This document shows, one piece after another, positions 22,844-28,724 of a stretch of 28,724 nucleotides of DNA. Location: assembly GCA_000934665.2 (NCBI GenBank), contig JYFJ02001102.1, positions 62,001 through 90,724 of the forward strand, written 5' to 3'. How positions within the stretch are numbered: position 1 is the stretch's first letter; every line of letters starts with the position of its first letter. A program made the translations under genes and the position numbers. Below the pieces are notes generated by a model. It was not told where the DNA came from. It did not search any database and saw only the letters and a list, made by a program, of their open reading frames with translations. Origin of the DNA: Catajapyx aquilonaris. Taxonomy: Eukaryota.

Positions 22844-25725
22844 CTGGGAGAGAGAAAAAATTGTCATAATATACACATGGGCAGGATGGACCAAGAAGGG
22901 ATGACAGAACCGGATTGTCTAGGGACAACGGCCAGTTACTTTTATGGACATTATTTGTCACAATTGGGAGCTAGTAGATTTTCCATCAATAGGTTACACT
23001 TATACCTCTTCGCAAAATGTGTGCTTTAGTTTTAAAAATAGCAGACTATAGGTCTCAATGAGTGAGGGGTTTACGGTTTATGTCGGAAGTTGTCAAGGTC
23101 ACAAAGGGCTATGGAGAGAGTTAGTCCATATGCGCTTACAAAAGAGGAGCAATATTTGATTCTGAAAATCAATTGCATAGACTCTGTAATATTGTATGAT
23201 ACATCCGAGTAAGGGATGTGTAGTACATTTTTATATTATGAATACGTTTGTCAAACATACGGACATTTTTAGCACTAATTAGTAAATTGCACATTATTTG
23301 CATATAAAAATGGTGTTGGCGGTGTGGTGCATGATTTATAATAACTGCAGTACTTGCTCAAATGCATCGGGGGTCCCATCATTGCAAATAATATTGAGAA
23401 CTCCAATAATTTCTTGTTGTATTGTACAAGTATGTTGAATTCGTAACAAGAAGTTAATAACATCAGTGATGATAATGATAATAAAACGTCGTCCTTGAGA
23501 ACGAAGCTTTTAAGAAAATGCTAATTGGTATGTACAGTATAATTATGAAGATGTATAGTAGAATATTTTTATCTCACGACCAAAGGCATGTCATAATTTA
23601 GTAAAGCTAAACATTCCACCCATTAATATTTAAAATGATTACCGGTATATATTAAACAACAAATTAAATATAGATAAATTATAAACAGAATGAATCTTAC
23701 TGAAATTACTAGAAGCTAAGTTACATGCTGAGCTCTGTGAGAAACATGATCAGCCCAGCATCATAAAAAACTTAATTTGTGTAATGAACAAATCGTAGTT
23801 TCACTAGCGCAATTCTAAAACCTGAAAGTGCAACGTATTATATTACTGGGGAAAGTTTTGCGCAAGGAGTTCGACAATTTCCAAAGAGACAGTGGAGGAA
23901 TCCCCAATGTTTGATATGGTTTTGTCGTTAAAGTGTTGCCCAAAAATCTGCATCGGTCGTCTCAAAATAATTTTCACTATAATATCTATCAATATATACA
24001 CTTCTATTTCGAAGTTTGACTAGCAATAGTTTTGAACTGTGCGCTTTATATACGACGTAAAAACAACCTGATTTTTCATATTTACACTGCTTTCATGGAT
24101 ACTGGATAGTTACAGGAAAGTTCGATATGATAATATTGTTTACGTTTAATTTCTTGCAACTTTAGATTGGGCTCTGGCATGATATCGAATTTTTTTTATA
24201 TTGCTCATCTCGATGCAATGAAAAAGTAATACGAAAGTAATCGTAAGTAATGCTGAATAGAGTAATTCTTTAAAATACTGTATTAAGTATTAACATTTTT
24301 TAAAAATTAAACAATTTCACGTGGATAGATAATTGTTCAAAATAATGTAATATGACAAAAATTCCAACTGGCATATCTTTACGTATGTTCTCTGCTGGAG
24401 TAATTATTTTTTAAACCAGCAATTGCACAGAGGGCATATCACATGATATTTTAAGACAATCTGGTTAATTTTTTACAGTGCTATTTACCATGATAAATAT
24501 TTTCGTTAGATCCCTTCAATATAACGAATTGTGTCTGATCACATTTTGCATTTGGCATTGCCTAAATTATGCTGTAGCACGAGAGAGGCTAAAAAAGTTA
24601 AACTCACTTGTCTGACTCCATGAATCATGAGCAGACATACAAACACGTAGAAGGCGACGACCACCAAAGCCACGATGTTGCCAATGTAAACCACTGCACG
24701 ACGAATGAAACAAAAAAAAGTGTCACTGACCCTTTAAAAATTCTGTAAATATCAACAAATTAACTCACGCTTGTAGAACCAATCTGCTGTCTCCACACCA
24801 GCTCTATGGAACGAATTTTTCATATTGTGAACCAAGAAATCCCAGAAAACCAGGCTGAGAATGATTAGGACAGCTCCGATGGTGGCCATCACCTGTGTTT
24901 TTTTTTTAAAGAAGGGATGTGACCCATTAATTTTCAATGTCACTTTTAGCCAGGACACCATAAACAGTAGGGCACATGCTTGCCGTCCCTGAATGAGTTT
25001 TTTGGGCTTGGGGCCAGTTAGGCGCCGCCAGTCCTATTTTAAAACCCGACTGGCTCACACACGTGCTTTTCACAGATTATTGCGTTTTTATGTTGAGCAT
25101 CCTGCAGGCAGAAGGGCGTTTTCTGAGAGTAGCTGCACCCTTCGCAAAACTACGGGGGAACATACAATTTTAAACAGCCTTAAAATTATTAAATTGTGTG
25201 TTTATTTAAAGCACACAACCTCTGTTCATTCCGTCAGATATGATGATAAAAATTTCAAACATATGAGCATGCATATGAGCACCAAGTAGAGTTGGGCATG
25301 CGTGTTTCCACTGGTAGATCACGATGTTCACTGCGACTGGAGGAACTAATCCATCACATTTTCTCGCGTGCCATTGTTAGCTGTCAACTGAGGCAGTGTA
25401 CCACCCTGTATATGCTTCAGATTTAAGCAGCCATGAACTGGTGGGTGGAATATTACACAGCGAGATGCGTGACTAACATTCCAAGAACTGCTGTACAGGC
25501 ATAAGCGATCGCCTTAAGGAAATCATAAAATAGATCTGACCTTCGTTCCTCATTCGGCTGATGACAACCACTTTACCTATAACACTGCAAACTACCTACG
25601 CAGCCATATTCAGCCTCCAAAATAACAATTTGCACACTTCAGATGCTTACCACTGAGTAGATCCCGACAACAATGGACCCTTTTCGGGTGTCCCAGCAAA
25701 AGCAGCAGCTCTGAAGGAGAGGCAT
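22631..25725 (-). CDS. Small four-transmembrane protein, LAPTM/Mtp-like or DUF4728-type; complement(join(22631..22843,24608..24693,24769..24892,25651..25725)), 165 aa
   Basis: Starts MPLLQSCCFCWDTRKGSIVVGIYSV (N-terminal CC-x-C motif), followed by four hydrophobic segments, the LLMIHGV...MLLLPW motif and a C-terminal VFSQYQVL. Three GT-AG introns with consistent phases (0,1,0). The family name is by recognition only. Confidence 0.85.
24608..24693 (-). CDS. 4TM gene coding exon 3
   Basis: Acceptor tttcattcgtcgtgcAG; encodes (L)VYIGNIVALVVVAFYVFVCLLMIHGVRQ; donor CAA|GTGAGT. Not in the ORF track. Confidence 0.85.
24769..24892 (-). CDS. 4TM gene coding exon 2
   Basis: CAG acceptor at 24895-24893; encodes VMATIGAVLIILSLVFWDFLV...WFYK; donor C|GTGAGT. 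Confidence 0.8.
25651..25725 (-). CDS. 4TM gene coding exon 1
   Basis: ATG at 25725; 25 codons; donor GTG|GTAAGC. Confidence 0.85.
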
Positions 25726-25747
25726 GTCTTCTTCTTTCTTCTTCCTT

Positions 25748-25930
25748 CTGTATAGGGCAGGGCAGTAGAATGAGTCTGGGATTCTAGGAGAACTCTCTTG
25801 GTGACTAGCCTGTAGGACGCATGCGCCACCAGGCCATTTTTGGCGCGGCACAACAACTCCAGGTGTGACGTCACCCCAGGAGAAATCGCAAAGGAGGCCC
25901 TCCCCAAGTCTCGTTTCTTTTCTAACTCAC
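25748..25930 (-). other. Probable 5'-UTR intron of the 4TM gene (non-coding exon upstream of 25930)
   Basis: Minus-strand donor GAG|GTGAGT at 25931/25930 and acceptor ctgccctatacAG at 25749-25748. A GAA-rich 22-nt leader follows before the ATG. Confidence 0.5.
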
Positions 25931-27639
25931 CTCGTAACTTCCTCCTCGCCTACTTCTTTTCCGGCTGAAGTCTCCGTCTCGCATCATCGCTCCACTCTCT
26001 ATAACCTGCCTCTCATCCGGTCGTTTACAGGCGCCCATTGGTCCAGTCTCCGGTAATTAACAAGCTTGAAAGCTATAGGTAAATGTCATGACAGGAGTGA
26101 CCATAGGCCGTGAAATCGAAGGAAGTTCATATTTGAAGGTAAAGCCGTGAAATATATATATGAAAATATAGTAAATCGTTATATTGTTTATTTGCTGAGA
26201 ACAGTTCTACAACTTTGTATTCAAATGTGTAATCTAACTCCAAATGGCACTTCCTGAAATGTGCGTATGAAAATATTTCAGCTCTGCCAGAAGGAGTAAC
26301 GAATCACAAAAATTATCCAGTGCTGTTTAAAGATCATAAAATGATCCCTTTTAAATACAGCACTACAGGATAACTTTTTAATACTATAAAAAGTTGCCGT
26401 ATGACGTTGAAAAAGTCATATATCAGTAGCTAGTCTTGTAGTTACAAATCATCTGGATCTCCAAGTAGCGCATATTTGAACGTCAGGTACACTCTGCAAG
26501 GAACAAAATTGCAACTTTAGCATATTGTTGTGTAGATTTAGTTAAACTACACAAGTCTGCAATCCCAGTGAAGAATCACACAATTTGATCACAGTTCAGG
26601 CAAAGTCTATTCCATAATATTATTGCGGATAATCTGAAAGGGGGACATTTTGTACTAGATATACTCGTACGATAATTGAGATTGATATTCATGATTATGT
26701 GACTTTAGAATAAGACAAGCCATATAAAAAGGAAATGACTGTGTTGACCTACAAAAATTAGTGGAGGTGTGTGAAATGTGTGAAGGACACATGACTATCC
26801 CATGTTCCAAAAATGTGAACCTTTCTAATTAATTAAAAATAACATTATTAATAAAAAGTGCATATTTTCAAGGAAGTAACTCGCTATTAAACTTATGAGA
26901 TATTTTAGTCACGTTTGTATATCATCCACCTTGAGATATTACATGGATAACATAACAAAATTTTTTGTGACTTGCACCCCTTTTGTAACAATTATATTGT
27001 TAAAAAATATTACCATTGTAACCTTGACGCACTTTTGTGCACTGTCAGTGATGACGGTGGCCTTAATTGTACCAAACAAGAATGAGCTGGACGTGTGAAA
27101 ATCCATGCGTGACACCTCTTTTTTTAACCGCCATGTGATTCGAATTGTTGTTTTTTTTTGCAAATCATGCTGTACTGCAACTTGCGCAATTAAAAACTTA
27201 CCCTCTGAACACCACCCGGATAGCCAATGTCAAGTATAGGAGGACAAACACAGCCAGGGTACCAACCCACCATTGGATCCATGGGTTACATATTACTGCA
27301 AAAAAATTTAACGATATAAGTCATAATGCGTCACATCCGGTATGGAAGAAAAAAAACTTACACGAAAATATAGTGGCTCTAAAGCTTCCATCACTTTTCT
27401 CGTGACGGTTGACTTCCACAGCACTGCTTAGAACCAGAAAAGACAATGAGATGTGTGCAGCAATTGCCTGCAAAAAATAAGAGGAAAATAAGTGTGAGAT
27501 TCAATGAAGGTCTTTTTGTCTTATTTCACACCGAAAAAAATGTGGATAATTTTGCCAGCTGGTTGCAATGATTAGTGCAAAATGGTTGTCCAGCTGCAGT
27601 GTGATGTTATGATTATGATAATTGGGCATGAGGGGTAAT

Positions 27640-27970
27640 TCCTATGATGATAATGTGACGAGGCATAGAATCAGGTAAATGCTTCTCACGTTTTTCCTGC
27701 ATGCTGGAATTGTTATAAGTGGATAGAATTGACGGGTCAGGCGGATATTTTAAAAAAATAGTGAATATTAAAGATTGAAGAGATTATAGCCGGCATCCGG
27801 GATCAGACGAACCTTATCGGTTGCGAATATTTTCTGGTTATATATAGATTCTGGTAGCAATATTGCGTGGGATATTTTGTAAGAATCATCCAAGGAAACA
27901 CGGGGATATTCAAAGGTTCTCTAGCATGCCGTAGAGCGCGTTGCCTGAAGGTCGTCAAGATAATTAAAGC
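27640..27970 (+). mobile_element. Possible highly decayed Tc1-like transposase remnant
   Basis: DDNVTRHR at 27646-27669 resembles DDNARPHR. SMP at 27923-27931 plus frameshifted RCLKVVK at 27939-27959 resembles SMPRRC. Spacing is about right, but WPxxSPDLNPIE is not cleanly readable. Confidence 0.3.
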
Positions 27971-28631
27971 GTAGGACAATTTATTGATAATTGTTTTTCA
28001 TCCAGGTCGTAAACAGTGTCACATTTTCTCGATGCTTAATTAAATAATCGTTATGCAACCTGCCAGTCTGTAAAGGTATTAAACTGAGCCTGTGCGTGTC
28101 CAACTTAAACGTGAAACACGAGCCACAGCAAGTAGTATCATGAACATCAGTTACAATGAAGTGTTGAAAGGTGTAAGTGAGAAGATAAACATTACACGGT
28201 CAGTGATGATGTGTATGGACCAAGAAATTGGACAGAACATGGATGCCAATTGAGAATACTGTCCAAAAATAAAGAATAGCTCCAACCCAATAAATTCATT
28301 CTGTACGTGACACCTTGCAGGTGAGAAGGTCATAAGCATTTGTTGATGTAACCACTTTAGACTTTACTGATGGATAGATACCACGAAGCATACAGTGTAT
28401 GAGCTTCTATTCGCTCAGAGAGGTGACTTTTCAAGTTACGTGAAAATAAATGCAAAGTTCTATATATACGTAAGAAGGAATGTTTTTATCTTGATGATGC
28501 CTTGAAATTAAGTAATCAGTTACAGCACACAAACCAGGTTGCAACGTAACGTGGCTGTTATGAATTCAGATTTCCCCGCATATATAACTGTGCAATCAAT
28601 GATATAATTACTGCCTGAAAGTACAGATATA

Positions 28632-28724
28632 CGAGGGTCGTCCAATAAGTTCTGAGCCTGATGTTGAAAGACATGTTTGATGGTCAAAATTTTATTACGA
28701 CTTTTCGACGTAGTCACCTTGAAC
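28632..28724 (-). mobile_element. 3' end of a mariner-family DNA transposon (TIR plus transposase C-terminus), truncated by the window edge
   Basis: TA at 28630-28631 is followed by the mariner-like terminus CGAGGGTCGTCCAATAAGTTCTGAGCCTGA. The minus strand 28724-28695 reads VQGDYVEKS*, matching the GDYVEK end of mariner transposases, with AATAAA overlapping the stop. Confidence 0.8.

Noticed and set aside
24965..25312. Possible MITE with CAGT...ACTG termini in the 4TM intron, including the 98-aa ORF
   Set aside because: The termini match only partly, there is no TSD, and the ORF has no recognisable homology.
26318..26365. Imperfect hairpin with CAGTG...CACTA ends (hAT-MITE-like)
   Set aside because: Short and gapped, with no target-site duplication.

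Overview
Eukaryotic, arthropod-like genomic DNA with spliceosomal GT-AG introns. The main feature is a complete six-exon ovo/shavenbaby (svb) C2H2 zinc-finger transcription factor gene on the + strand: join(7295..7496,14732..15091,16644..17962,18752..19046,19209..19333,19412..19582), 823 aa. It has the MPKIFLIKNRLH N-terminus (Pri/Ubr3 degron-type), Pro- and Gly-rich regions and four Ovo fingers. Tail-to-tail with it on the - strand is a four-coding-exon gene for a 165-aa four-transmembrane protein of the LAPTM/DUF4728 type. The right edge of the window holds the 3' end of a mariner transposon. About 7 kb upstream of svb and its 7.2-kb first intron are non-coding and probably cis-regulatory. 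I found no clearly supported novel multi-gene system. The best leads are: (1) svb keeps the degron but lacks the canonical AAGHGR processing motif; (2) a dense cluster of nuclear-receptor half-sites in intron 1; (3) a perfect 71-bp palindrome in intron 2; (4) possible degron-less isoforms starting in exon 3. Family assignments come from recognition of motifs, not from database searches.
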